Source of the DNA: a virus
Lineage: Duplodnaviria > Caudoviricetes
Reading direction: 5' to 3' (one strand)
IMG/VR virus record: IMGVR_UViG_3300028591_000085
Location: 32,001 to 96,000 of that record
DNA: 64,000 nt
The notes beneath the pieces are model-generated. The model made no database searches. It was not told the origin of the DNA and was given only the letters and a program-made list of their open reading frames with translations. This document shows, piece after piece, positions 1-10,606 of the stretch. How positions within the stretch are numbered: the first letter of the stretch is position 1; each line of letters opens with the position of its first letter. The translations under genes were made by a program, and so were the position numbers.

Positions 1-3000
1 AGGCTTCCGAATTTTTTATCCTTATCATTATAAGTATATTTATAATTATATCCACCATTATTATCTCTGGTTAATGTTCCTTTATATTTAACCTCATCAG
101 ACTTGTATCCATCACCGAAACCACCATATTGTCCATTATCAAATGACCAGGCTTTACCGGTTCTATTTACAATATCATTAAGTTTGTATTTCTTGTTATA
201 AGATTTTCCACGAGGATCACTTATATCAACGTTACCATTTGAATCAATACCAGTAGCAACTACATAATGTCCAGCGTCAGTATAAGGATCATCTCCCCTA
301 CCACCATAACGTCCATTACCAGATGCTCCTGAAAGAATCATAGGTTTACCACTCTTTAATTCAGATGAAATGAATTGAGAGCTAGGCATGAATTCTTCAG
401 TAGTATTAATACCATATGCATTTGAAGCATTATCTATAAAATTCCAATTTGTTCCAGTATCATCTCTGTCTCCAGTCATTTCAGCAAGTGCTGCTGTTTC
501 AGTAGGTAATACAGATTGACCGGTCATCTTGGATGCTATCATAGACATTGCGGTAGGACCACATCCGGTATCATCCATGGTCGCTCCATCATTACCATAC
601 TTATTTGAACTCCACGCAGAGTCAGACTGTGAGTAATACGGAACACCATTTACATCGTCAGGTCCTCTACCACCCTTAGGAAGTTTCTTTCGAGATTTAG
701 ACCCCTTACCATTACCTCCCCATAATGATGTGATGTTTTCAATGTAACCAGTAGTAGTATCCTTAACTTCATTCCAAATACCAGTAGCATGCTCTTTGAT
801 TCCTGAAATAAAGTTATTAATACCTTCAGCTATTCCATCGACAATTTTCGAAACAGTCGGGAATTTTTCGTGTATAGTTTCATATACAGACGACATAAAG
901 TCGCTTGCCTTATCAAAGAATTTGCTAGTTGCTTCTGTAGTTTTATTCCATAATTCTTTTGCTCTATCTTTAAAATTCTGAAGAGAATTTTTAGCAGTAT
1001 TTTTCAACGGAATCTTTTCTTTAGTTAATAAACCTAATTTTATCTTTTCATTAACTTCATCAGCATTTACTGTTTCGTCAATCAGGTCACCATTAGCATT
1101 ATAATGCTTATAAGTTTTACCATCAGCAACATAATAGCTACCATCAGACGGATCAAACCATCCATACTGATTTGTCAATTTAAGTATCCCTAAACCAGCT
1201 CCTGCTATAGGATTTATTAAACTAAACGCAGCAGTTACGCCCTCTCTAACTTTATAGAGAACTGAATCTCTATTGTTGAACATATCGGTCCATGCATTAG
1301 ATAATTTTTCTTTGAGCTTTGCGCCAGTTTCTTTAATCTTGGTGAAATCAAAATGAGAAGTAACATCCTTAATGAATATACCAGACTTAATAGACTGCTC
1401 AACTTCTTCGTCTGTTCTGGGATTTTCAAGAACTTCATCAGTTGCTGAATAGTAAACATATTTACCATTTTCGTTCTTATAATATGTACCATCACCAACT
1501 AAATACTTCTCATCAGTTGACATTATCTTTGATACAAGCCCGTTACCCTTACTAATAGCATCTGCTAATTTAGAACTTTTCCTGATATTATCTAATAATT
1601 TTTCACCTAAAGATGTTGCAATTTTAGCAGAATTTTCTTGATTTTCATCACGCTTTTTAAATAAACTTGACCAGGCCTCAGCAGCATCATTTAATATAGT
1701 ATGTGCTATAGCAGTAGTTTTACCCATTATTTTTATATTTGTCGCTTTTATTATTCCCTGTTGGATAAGACTTGTAAGTTCTTCATCTGTTATAGGTGGA
1801 ACTTCTTGATCATATCCATCTGCATCACATAATGACCATTTACCGTTACTAGATTCATGGTAATAATAGCCAGCATACTCGCCACTCAAAACTTGATATG
1901 CGGTAACCTTTCTTGATCCAATTAGTTTTCTACCATAATCTCCGCCAGTAAAGAAATCACCGACGCTTTTAATTTTATCACCAACTATTGATACTGCTTC
2001 ATCGGTAACACCTCTGATATGTCCACCTATTTTAGCAGCTTTTTCACCGACCTTATCGCCAATGGTCTTATTCTGTTCCAAGTTCCAATCATCAAATGAT
2101 TTATGTTTAATTACTTCATTATTTTCTTCAGCCCATTGTTTATATTCATCGACTGACATATTCTTATCAACTTTACCAGATTTTTTAGCTTCTTCTAGGG
2201 ATTTTTCAGTTTGCTCAAGAACATAACTGTTATATTCATCCATAAAATTAGTTTGAGCATCCTTTAATCTAGCTTCATCAGAATCACCGGCAAATAAATT
2301 ATATAATGCATTTGCAATGTTATGCCAGCCATTCCAACCACTTAATGTATTAATAATATCAAAGATAACATCAACTATTGCACCGATTGTAGTTCCTGAA
2401 AAACCTCCAAGAATTGCAGCAATTATTTCCATTCCAGTATCAACATCATCTTGACTTACTTGGAATAATTTAGCAGCACCAGCTTTTCCACCACGTGCTA
2501 TCATGCCTAATATGCCACCACCAACTTCAAATACAATGGTACCAACTCCAAGAGTTGCAGCACCTGTTGCAGTTTTAGCTTCAGCTTCAGCAGTTACCTT
2601 TTCGACCTGTCCGACTTCTTTCGGACCAAATTTTTCAACAGCCTCCTTAATAATTTTTTCAGCTTCATCAACCGACTTAGTGGTTCCTTTAGCACCTTTA
2701 TGTTTAACAAGATCCACTATCTTTTTAAAGAAATTTTTAATTGTTTCTTTAATTCTAGTAATCATATTTTTAAGAACACCACCGGCACCCTTTTCAGTCG
2801 ATGCTAATGATGCACTATTAATTTCAATATTTTTAGCATGTTTTAATACAGCTTTTTCATACTTAGCAGCTTGTTTACTTAATTTTTTAGATTTCTTAGT
2901 TAATTTGGCAGCTTCTTTTTCTAAGTCAGTTAATGTTTCAAGTCCTACCTTTTCTGCACCACGTCCAAAACTATGAGAGAATCCTGCCATCGCTGCTTTT

Positions 3001-6000
3001 TTTGACGCTTCCTTAGCTTCAGTTTCTGCAAGTTTTGCTGCTGCCTCAGCAGCAATTTTCTTTTCTAGTGCTTTAGCGCCCTTAGCAGTAGCATGTTCCA
3101 TACCTTTTGTACCAAGATAGTTTAATCCACCACTAACAGCTCTAAAACCAGATGCACTCTTAGGATTAAAAATATCAGCTGCAGAATGTATATTTGCACC
3201 TTTTGATAAAACTTTACCCACACCCTGAGCAGTACCACCAACTATTTTAGTTCCGACGGTTGGAATTACTGATGCTCCTTTTCCAACAACTTTCAGTGTA
3301 CCACCCATAACTGCAGCGGTACCTCTAATTGCACCAGGATGCATTAATAAATTAGCTTTAGCTTGAGAGTGAGAATCCCATTCACCGTCTTTATTAGTCA
3401 CAAATGTCATAGGAGCTGCTAATGGGTCATAATTTTCTCCAGGAAGTAGTTGTTTAGCTGCAGCAACACTATTTTGGGCTTCGTCTTTAATATTATCTAT
3501 ATTACTCTGCCCATTAGTATTTCTATCATTTTTATTGCCTAAGAAATTAATTACGTCGGCCACTTTATTTACTAGATCAGCTGCAACATCAGCAATTTTT
3601 ATAACAGCACTTGAAAATGCTTCCCAATTAATTTTTTTAACAAGTTCAGCTGTACCATCTGCAATTTTTGTTCCGATGAACCATATATTCTTTGCTAAAC
3701 TTGAAATACCATCTATATACGGTTTAAGACTACTATTTTCATATTTTTCTTTAATCCATCCAGTGAATCCCTTTTCTTTAATATCGTTAATAGCTTGAGT
3801 AGCACCCTGTGCCATTTCAGAAAAATACGATTCCCCAGTTTTCTGGTTAACAAAAATATTTTTAATCTTTTCACCTAAAGTTTCACCTATACCATCACCC
3901 TTTAAGAATGACCAGATATTTCCTAAGATTCCACCTAAAGGTGAAGAGGCTAACCATTTAAATGCTTTTATAAGAAAAGGAGAAGCAAGTATTAAAGCAG
4001 TTGCAAGTTTTCCTTTTCTACCAAAAACACTCTTCCATTCAGCAAAATGGTCACTTGCTCTCGATTTGATAACAGCAGTATTTTCCTTTATTGCTGTAAA
4101 TAACTTCTCTGTTCTATCTCTGGTTTGTTCAGCTATTCTATGAGCAAGTCGTTGACCTCCCTGATGCACATTACTAAGTGTGGACATGATCGGATTAGGG
4201 TCAATCGCTGCTGCTCCAGATTCAAAGCCTTTACCACCTCTAACAACACGTACAATAGGACCATGGCCGCCAAAATTTATTTTTCGTCTAGTACCATTTC
4301 CACCATTTGCTGTCGCAGAGGCATTATTTTCATTTATTAAACGTTCAAGCCTATCAAGTTTTTCAGAATCTCCTGTAAGCTCAAAATGTATAGTCTTAAT
4401 TCCGTGTTTAAGATCAACCTGTAATGTGTCAGAATCTTGCCGACTACATCCACTACATCTCTTTGCTAAATCTTCTAAAGAACCGATATCGTCAATTTCA
4501 ACAGTACTATTTTCTAATTCATCTAAATTTTCCAACGGATTATTAGTTTTACCATTATTGGACATCATCTTTTTCCTACCCTTATTTCTAAGAGAGGCTT
4601 CCGATTTTTTAGCTTTATTACGTAACTGCATTATTAAATTATTATCATCATAATTATCATAAGAGCTGACATCTTCCATATTCTCACTGAAATCAGCGTC
4701 TTCATCTTGATATCCTTTACTATATTTACTATAGCTATCTTTTAATCCAGCGGTTGAATCCATATTTCCTTCTTGCAATTTATTACCGTCCAAATCTATG
4801 AGTTCACCTTTAGTATTACGTAAAATACCGGTTTTTAAAACTCTATTAGCTACAGTAACTACAGTTTCGCCAGGATCAAGATATATAATTTTTTTAGATA
4901 ATAATTTAGTAAGTTTATCCTGTACTTGTTCTGCAATATTATCTGCTCTATAATCGTATATATATTTAGCATGACCTGATGTAAAGTTCAATATTCCTTC
5001 ATTAAATTTATGACGTAAAAATCCTTTTACACCACCATGCATTGATACTTCGTCACCAAAGAACCGTGATGATGCAGCCTTTGCTATAACTCCACCTTTA
5101 GTTTTAGCTTGTGCAAGTCTTAACTTAGTAGCACTAAACGCATAATCTAAACCACTATGATCGCCGGGAGTATTATCAATAGTATCTTTTACTTCACGTT
5201 CAACAGCATCATAATCAATATTACCAGTAGCATCTTTATGCTTATTGATAATTTCAGTGAGTTCGGTATATCCTTTTTCACGTTCAGCTTGACTTGTATT
5301 ACTAAATCTACGTTCAAGTTCTTTATCATTTTTATCAGAGAATCTGTCTGAATCATCATCATTGCCAGAAATCTTATCATATATTTTCTTTAATACATAA
5401 GCTATCTGAGCATTCTCACTAAGTTTTGAGAACGGTAATTTTACTATATCTTTAAATCCTTTACCGATTAATGAAATACCTTCAGTTTGCTCACGCGCTC
5501 TTCTAGTAAGTGCATCTTCGGTTTCAACCGTAGTATCAAGATATTTACTTGCCTTACCGCCACTCATTACTTTAGCCATATAACGAGCTTCAGCTGTATC
5601 AGACGAATATTGACCTTTAGTATATTTCTGAATTATTTTTGCGTTCTTATCACGAATTTTTTGTTCTTTATATTCTTTATTAATTTTAGCACGAGCTTCT
5701 TTTTGTTGTTTTCTACGCTCACGCCATCTTTCAGCTCTGGTCATACCATCAAGCTGTTCCTGAGTTCTACTTGTTGGTGCTGTAATACCAAATGCTTTAC
5801 CAAACTTAGTATTACTTAACCATTTCATACCTTTTTTAGCACCGTATACACCTAACTGTAATGCAGTACCAATACCTTTAAACGCAAGTTTAATAGGTGA
5901 AAATGCTAATTTAGTAAGACCAACAATTTGTCTACCTATTGATTTAATCTCAGTTTTAATAGTTCGCTTAAGCCAATCTTTTCCTGTATCTAAAGCTGCT

Positions 6001-9000
6001 TTAAGTTTACTATTACGCCATGCATCTGAAAGCTTATTATATACAGTAAATTGTATTGCTTTAATTAATTTAAACGGTGCAAGAAGTATATGTTGATTTA
6101 CTTCATAAGCTAGTTTAGCAGCTCCAGAAATGACTTTCTTAACGGGAGTTACTATAGTTTTATTAAGTATTTCAGCAAACGGTACTAAAATACTATTTTT
6201 AATAAATCCTGAAATATCATTTGCAACTTCATCAAATTTTGATTTAACTGCACCAACTACACCTCCAACTTTTTCAGAGATCGCCTCTGCCATAAATGAA
6301 AGTGAGTCACCAACAGTATATTCCAAATTAAGTGCAATTTGTTTACCCCAATATACAAACTGGGTCTTCAGAGGTCTTAAGAAGTTTGCATTAAGCATAT
6401 TTCCAATACGACCGAATAATCCATGCTTATGCTTCTTTTCACCAGTATATTCGTCTATATAATCTTCACCAAATAAGAATTTCTTAAATGCTGAACCATT
6501 TGCAGCAATAGAAGCACCGAGACCCATTAATGCACCAAACACAGGTCCACCAGGTAAAACAGCACTAGCTAAAGCACCACCTAAAATACCTAAACCTGAC
6601 ATTGAAAGAATCTTGGTGTCTTGGCTTAAATTAACACCTATAGAACCAGCAAACTTATCAGCGCCTTTTCTAAATGCATCTCTTATTCCAGGAAGTAATC
6701 CTTTTTGAGCAGTGTCAGGATTTCCGAATAAGAAGTTTTTCATTTTCTCAGATCTAGCCACTAACGTTGTAGCTATACCGAGACCAGCACCTACAATAGG
6801 ACCGCCCACAAGAGTGCCAAGAAGACCTCCACCTTTTCCAAAAAGGGAATGTGTCAGCATTCCGATTGCTCCACCACCAATGATGTCAAGCTTATGTTTC
6901 TTTAAATAATCTTGAGCGCCCTTGCTAATGAAACCACCAATACGGTCACCATTTTCATCTTTTTCGCCGAATAACCAATTTTGGAAAGATTCATTCTTAG
7001 CTAAAATACTACCAGCTATACCAAGACCTACACCTGTAATAGGACCACCAATGATAGAACCTAAAAGGCTCGAACCTGCAAATATACCAAAACCGGCACC
7101 TATAGCACCGCCAATAGTAGCATCCTTGGTATAACTATTCACTTTAGCTTGTACTTTTTTCTTTATATCTTCTTCACTCTGACCTTCAAGAGGTTCACCT
7201 ATAATTTTTTCTTTCCATGCATTAAGACCCTGACTAAAGAAATCTTTAAACTTGGAGAATAATCCACCTTTACGTTTACCAGTAGGATTTCCATTTTCAT
7301 CAAGTTCTTCAGGTCCAAATAATTTAGTCAAAATTCCTCGTTTAATTGTACCAAATACAGAATCTTTATTATCAGCATACTCAGTACCATCACTAGAAGT
7401 ATAACCTGTACCAACTAAAGTGTACCTTATATGTTTAAAAGTATCACCTAAGTAATTACGTACTTGAGACAATAAACCATTTTGGTAATTACCGTTTTCA
7501 TCTTTAACACCTAATATAGCTTCCTTAAGAGGATTAAATACATTATTTTTAAGACTAGTACCAATATCACTAGCACCAGACTTAAAAATTCTTTGAAACT
7601 CTTGTCCAACTAATCTAATATCAAGCGGACCAGACATAAGTCGATTCATGCTTCCTTTTAAGGTATCTACTGTATTAGTGAAAAAGCTACCAACTTTACC
7701 ACCATGAGTAGCTAACCATCCAGCTTTACTTGGGTCGCTTTGCTGAAGAGCATAGCTATAATCTCTGAGATTTGCAATACTCTTATTTTTAAGACTTTTT
7801 TTAATTTCAGTATTATATAATGATGAATTAGCGCGAAGCCATTCATCGTAATTCTCAATATGAGTATCTCCAGTTGCAAAATATCCAGACCTTATCGGAT
7901 CATTTTCTATTTCTGATAAGAACTTAGTTTGATCAGCTTGAGTACTTCTTAACTGAGCAGTTAATTGTCCAGCTATATCTTTATTTTGCTCTGAAATTTT
8001 TAATAGCTCTTTAACAACTAAATCAATATTCTTATCATTTTTTCCACCAGAAAAACTCTTGGCTTGTTTAATAGCTTCAACAAAAGCTTCATTACCCATA
8101 TCCAGACTTAAATGAGATCTTTGCTCAGCCATTGATTTGAGTAATTGCTTTGCTGTAATGATAAGAGCATCTCGTTCTTCTTTAGCTTTATCTTCTGTTT
8201 GAGATTTAGTAGCTTGGGTAAAAGCATTTTCGAGTTCTTTGAACATTCTTCCATTATACAGTGGCTCCATTATTTTATTAAGTGCAGCATCTGCATTAGA
8301 ACGTCTCTTATCTTTTACCTGTATATAACCCATAGTATTAAAATCAAACATTTCAGAATCGTCTTTAGCTGTTTTAGTTTTTTCAGATTCGAAATGTCCG
8401 CTAATTATTTTCAGATACTGGGTTTGTTCTCTAAGCTCCTTAGTGATAATTTCGGTAATAGCAAATTTAGTTTCTTTATCAAAACGAATCGGACTATTCT
8501 CAAATTCATCAATTGATAACGTATTTTTCCTATTAACTCTAACACCGAATGTTTGAGCAAGGAATTTTTTAAAGTGTCCACCAATATCATGTTCACCGAC
8601 TACTACATTTTCTCCATACTCTGCTAATCTATCCAATATGACTGGTACAAAATTTGAAAATGCCGTCTCAAGACTTTGCATAGTAGAACCAAATACCTTA
8701 CTCATTAAGGTAGAACTAACCATACTTGAAACCATGCCCAGAGGATTCTCAATAAACATCTCAATCAAACTATCATCAAGATTAACTATTTCACCAATAA
8801 AAGGAACTTCGCTTAATGCACGTTTTGCATTCTTCTTGATTACATTCTTATATCGTGATAATTCTATACCACCTTTAGTACGATCCCTTAATGCCGCTAA
8901 CGGGTCATCTTCATTTTTTAATATGGATGCACCATTATCTTCTCGTTTACCAACGGCTTCATAATACCCTATACTTTTTTGAATGAATTCCTTCATGGAT

Positions 9001-9560
9001 TCATTATTGAATTTTACAATAGATTCAAGAGAATTTGTTACATTCTTTAAGTGAGCGTCTATCATGCCATTCATTTTTTCAAGTTGCTGCATACTTACAG
9101 CATTCATTGAAATTTGGGCATCCATATTAGCTTTAGCAATTTTTACAGTTGCTTCACCTTGACGCTGTATATTTCTATTTAAATCGAGAACAGCATCTCT
9201 AGTACCGTTATCGACATTTATATTATAACTACCTTCACCTTCACCCACATCATCTGATCCAAATGTAATATCTGATGATTCATCATCATCAGCAAACATA
9301 CCCCCAAAACCAAAATCAGAGTCATGACCGGCTATGTTACCAGCTTTTATATCTTTCCATGAATTTTTGAGAGCTTGATATGAAGCCTGAACATATTTGT
9401 TCTGCTTCAATGATGTAGCAATCCTATTTGTAGTTGCTTTTGTCTGTCTTATAGATGTAATTATTGATTTTGTAGCATTAATGCCAGCTGACGTAACATC
9501 AGATATATTAGGATATAATTCACTAAAAGCTGATGACGTGCTAGCTCCTATACTCTTCAT
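1..9560 (-). CDS. Giant tape-measure-like tail protein (>3,180 aa, runs off left edge) with a C39-like papain-fold peptidase domain near the window edge
   Basis: Frame spot-checked as open at 9000, 6000, 3000, 1260-1410 and 3-130. Ala/Gly/Lys-rich helical and hydrophobic GxxxG segments; VPYYSQSD..W..GCGPTAM..GHYVVATG..DP at about 220-650. The RBS-bearing ATG at 9628 is out of frame (see findings); first in-frame ATG is 9560. Confidence 0.8.
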   Translation of the reverse strand, partial: MKSIGASTSSAFSELYPNISDVTSAGINATKSIITSIRQTKATTNRIATSLKQNKYVQASYQALKNSWKDIKAGNIAGHDSDFGFGGMFADDDESSDITFGSDDVGEGEGSYNINVDNGTRDAVLDLNRNIQRQGEATVKIAKANMDAQISMNAVSMQQLEKMNGMIDAHLKNVTNSLESIVKFNNESMKEFIQKSIGYYEAVGKREDNGASILKNEDDPLAALRDRTKGGIELSRYKNVIKKNAKRALSEVPFIGEIVNLDDSLIEMFIENPLGMVSSMVSSTLMSKVFGSTMQSLETAFSNFVPVILDRLAEYGENVVVGEHDIGGHFKKFLAQTFGVRVNRKNTLSIDEFENSPIRFDKETKFAITEIITKELREQTQYLKIISGHFESEKTKTAKDDSEMFDFNTMGYIQVKDKRRSNADAALNKIMEPLYNGRMFKELENAFTQATKSQTEDKAKEERDALIITAKQLLKSMAEQRSHLSLDMGNEAFVEAIKQAKSFSGGKNDKNIDLVVKELLKISEQNKDIAGQLTAQLRSTQADQTKFLSEIENDPIRSGYFATGDTHIENYDEWLRANSSLYNTEIKKSLKNKSIANLRDYSYALQQSDPSKAGWLATHGGKVGSFFTNTVDTLKGSMNRLMSGPLDIRLVGQEFQRIFKSGASDIGTSLKNNVFNPLKEAILGVKDENGNYQNGLLSQVRNYLGDTFKHIRYTLVGTGYTSSDGTEYADNKDSVFGTIKRGILTKLFGPEELDENGNPTGKRKGGLFSKFKDFFSQGLNAWKEKIIGEPLEGQSEEDIKKKVQAKVNSYTKDATIGGAIGAGFGIFAGSSLLGSIIGGPITGVGLGIAGSILAKNESFQNWLFGEKDENGDRIGGFISKGAQDYLKKHKLDIIGGGAIGMLTHSLFGKGGGLLGTLVGGPIVGAGLGIATTLVARSEKMKNFLFGNPDTAQKGLLPGIRDAFRKGADKFAGSIGVNLSQDTKILSMSGLGILGGALASAVLPGGPVFGALMGLGASIAANGSAFKKFLFGEDYIDEYTGEKKHKHGLFGRIGNMLNANFLRPLKTQFVYWGKQIALNLEYTVGDSLSFMAEAISEKVGGVVGAVKSKFDEVANDISGFIKNSILVPFAEILNKTIVTPVKKVISGAAKLAYEVNQHILLAPFKLIKAIQFTVYNKLSDAWRNSKLKAALDTGKDWLKRTIKTEIKSIGRQIVGLTKLAFSPIKLAFKGIGTALQLGVYGAKKGMKWLSNTKFGKAFGITAPTSRTQEQLDGMTRAERWRERRKQQKEARAKINKEYKEQKIRDKNAKIIQKYTKGQYSSDTAEARYMAKVMSGGKASKYLDTTVETEDALTRRAREQTEGISLIGKGFKDIVKLPFSKLSENAQIAYVLKKIYDKISGNDDDSDRFSDKNDKELERRFSNTSQAEREKGYTELTEIINKHKDATGNIDYDAVEREVKDTIDNTPGDHSGLDYAFSATKLRLAQAKTKGGVIAKAASSRFFGDEVSMHGGVKGFLRHKFNEGILNFTSGHAKYIYDYRADNIAEQVQDKLTKLLSKKIIYLDPGETVVTVANRVLKTGILRNTKGELIDLDGNKLQEGNMDSTAGLKDSYSKYSKGYQDEDADFSENMEDVSSYDNYDDNNLIMQLRNKAKKSEASLRNKGRKKMMSNNGKTNNPLENLDELENSTVEIDDIGSLEDLAKRCSGCSRQDSDTLQVDLKHGIKTIHFELTGDSEKLDRLERLINENNASATANGGNGTRRKINFGGHGPIVRVVRGGKGFESGAAAIDPNPIMSTLSNVHQGGQRLAHRIAEQTRDRTEKLFTAIKENTAVIKSRASDHFAEWKSVFGRKGKLATALILASPFLIKAFKWLASSPLGGILGNIWSFLKGDGIGETLGEKIKNIFVNQKTGESYFSEMAQGATQAINDIKEKGFTGWIKEKYENSSLKPYIDGISSLAKNIWFIGTKIADGTAELVKKINWEAFSSAVIKIADVAADLVNKVADVINFLGNKNDRNTNGQSNIDNIKDEAQNSVAAAKQLLPGENYDPLAAPMTFVTNKDGEWDSHSQAKANLLMHPGAIRGTAAVMGGTLKVVGKGASVIPTVGTKIVGGTAQGVGKVLSKGANIHSAADIFNPKSASGFRAVSGGLNYLGTKGMEHATAKGAKALEKKIAAEAAAKLAETEAKEASKKAAMAGFSHSFGRGAEKVGLETLTDLEKEAAKLTKKSKKLSKQAAKYEKAVLKHAKNIEINSASLASTEKGAGGVLKNMITRIKETIKNFFKKIVDLVKHKGAKGTTKSVDEAEKIIKEAVEKFGPKEVGQVEKVTAEAEAKTATGAATLGVGTIVFEVGGGILGMIARGGKAGAAKLFQVSQDDVDTGMEIIAAILGGFSGTTIGAIVDVIFDIINTLSGWNGWHNIANALYNLFAGDSDEARLKDAQTNFMDEYNSYVLEQTEKSLEEAKKSGKVDKNMSVDEYKQWAEENNEVIKHKSFDDWNLEQNKTIGDKVGEKAAKIGGHIRGVTDEAVSIVGDKIKSVGDFFTGGDYGRKLIGSRKVTAYQVLSGEYAGYYYHESSNGKWSLCDADGYDQEVPPITDEELTSLIQQGIIKATNIKIMGKTTAIAHTILNDAAEAWSSLFKKRDENQENSAKIATSLGEKLLDNIRKSSKLADAISKGNGLVSKIMSTDEKYLVGDGTYYKNENGKYVYYSATDEVLENPRTDEEVEQSIKSGIFIKDVTSHFDFTKIKETGAKLKEKLSNAWTDMFNNRDSVLYKVREGVTAAFSLINPIAGAGLGILKLTNQYGWFDPSDGSYYVADGKTYKHYNANGDLIDETVNADEVNEKIKLGLLTKEKIPLKNTAKNSLQNFKDRAKELWNKTTEATSKFFDKASDFMSSVYETIHEKFPTVSKIVDGIAEGINNFISGIKEHATGIWNEVKDTTTGYIENITSLWGGNGKGSKSRKKLPKGGRGPDDVNGVPYYSQSDSAWSSNKYGNDGATMDDTGCGPTAMSMIASKMTGQSVLPTETAALAEMTGDRDDTGTNWNFIDNASNAYGINTTEEFMPSSQFISSELKSGKPMILSGASGNGRYGGRGDDPYTDAGHYVVATGIDSNGNVDISDPRGKSYNKKYKLNDIVNRTGKAWSFDNGQYGGFGDGYKSDEVKYKGTLTRDNNGGYNYKYTYNDKDKKFGS

Positions 9561-9677
9561 GACATTATCTAGCCATGGAGTTTTAAGTTTTGTACTATTC
9601 TTTCTTCAACATTTCGTTTAGAAGCCATAATTGACTTTTCACTCCTTTCCTCATAAAAAAAGAAGAGGTTTAAACTT

Positions 9678-9689
9678 TAAATTATTGTT
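9678..9689 (-). promoter_or_regulatory. Late-type promoter motif AACA-N6-TA
   Basis: AACA-ATAATT-TA upstream of the giant tail gene. Confidence 0.6.
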
Positions 9690-9709
9690 TTTCTATATAA
9701 ATAATAGGA

Positions 9710-9752
9710 AAAAAATAAGAGATACGGTTATTTACAAATAACCGTATCTCTT
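9710..9752 (-). terminator. Intrinsic terminator
   Basis: 16-bp inverted repeat aagagatacggttatt/aataaccgtatctctt with U-tract on minus strand. Confidence 0.75.
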
Positions 9753-9782
9753 TAAATGGGAGTAATGAGAGTAAAAATGGGC

Positions 9783-10343
9783 TTACTTAATCTTCTTCCT
9801 TTCCTGTAACCATGACGGGCAGGAAGACTTAGAAGCAACTTCCTTATGCTTCTTCTTCTTGGTCTCATAGGTGCCAAGATACGATCTATCCTGAGGACTA
9901 TGTGCATCAGTTACCGTGGTCTTATCACCAACATCCTTCAGATAAATCTTACCATTAAAATCTTTTCTAGGCAGGAATTCGAACTGGTTACCTGCACCCA
10001 TATATTCATAGAGTGCAGTCGCAAAGAACTCATACATTCCATCCATAGACGGAATAATGAATGACTTATCCAGAATCTTTACGGATTCTGACTTATCCAT
10101 ACCCGCCTTTTCGAGAAGCGACTTACACCACTTTCTGAATTCCTTAGAAACCATAATCTCCTCAACATCGTCAAGGTTACCCTTCTTAATCTTAGCAACC
10201 TCGGTAGTAAACTCTACATCATTTGCAAGAGCAGTAAGGAGCTTAGTGAAATTCTTTTTGTTAAAACGATTTACAATCGTTTTTCCGTTCTTAGTCTTAG
10301 CCTTCATTTCAGCCAGGGCTTCTTCAACTGTTAATACTTTCAT
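9783..10343 (-). CDS. Basic phage protein, possibly HU/IHF-like DNA-binding
   Basis: GGAGG RBS, 186 aa, Lys-rich; C-terminal beta-arm-like segment (SPQ..G..ETK) only loosely HU-like. Confidence 0.6.
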   Translation of the reverse strand: MKVLTVEEALAEMKAKTKNGKTIVNRFNKKNFTKLLTALANDVEFTTEVAKIKKGNLDDVEEIMVSKEFRKWCKSLLEKAGMDKSESVKILDKSFIIPSMDGMYEFFATALYEYMGAGNQFEFLPRKDFNGKIYLKDVGDKTTVTDAHSPQDRSYLGTYETKKKKHKEVASKSSCPSWLQERKKIK

Positions 10344-10459
10344 GATTTTTTCCTCCTTGATTTTTCTTTCTTGTCTTTTTTGATTTTCTTACGTTCTTTT
10401 ACTAACCGTAAAATATCATCAAGACAAAACGATTCCAGGTTGTCGATTTTGATTTTCAT
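10340..10459 (-). CDS. Small basic protein (39 aa, MKIKIDNLESFCLDDILRLVKERKK...), not in ORF track
   Basis: AAAGGG RBS; its TGA overlaps the ATG of the next gene (ATGA coupling). Confidence 0.55.
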   Translation of the reverse strand: MKIKIDNLESFCLDDILRLVKERKKIKKDKKEKSRRKKS

Positions 10460-10556
10460 CTTCATCAACCCTTTCATTACAATATTGTGTAGTGTATAAT
10501 AAAATAATATAATAAAGTATATAACTTCTACACAATATAATATTATATAATAAAAA

Positions 10557-10588
10557 CCGTAAAGTCGGTTTTTTCGATGATATACTAT
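10557..10588 (+). promoter_or_regulatory. Early-type promoter (CCGTAAAGTC-N10-ATGATATACTAT)
   Basis: Same arrangement recurs on the minus strand near 51846-51877 and 53789-53820. Confidence 0.65.
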
Positions 10589-10606
10589 TTATGTGCCATA
10601 ATGATA

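Noticed and set aside
796-9621. Many short ORFs listed by the track over the giant gene
   Set aside because: Antisense or out-of-frame shadows of the long minus-strand frame; no RBS and biased composition
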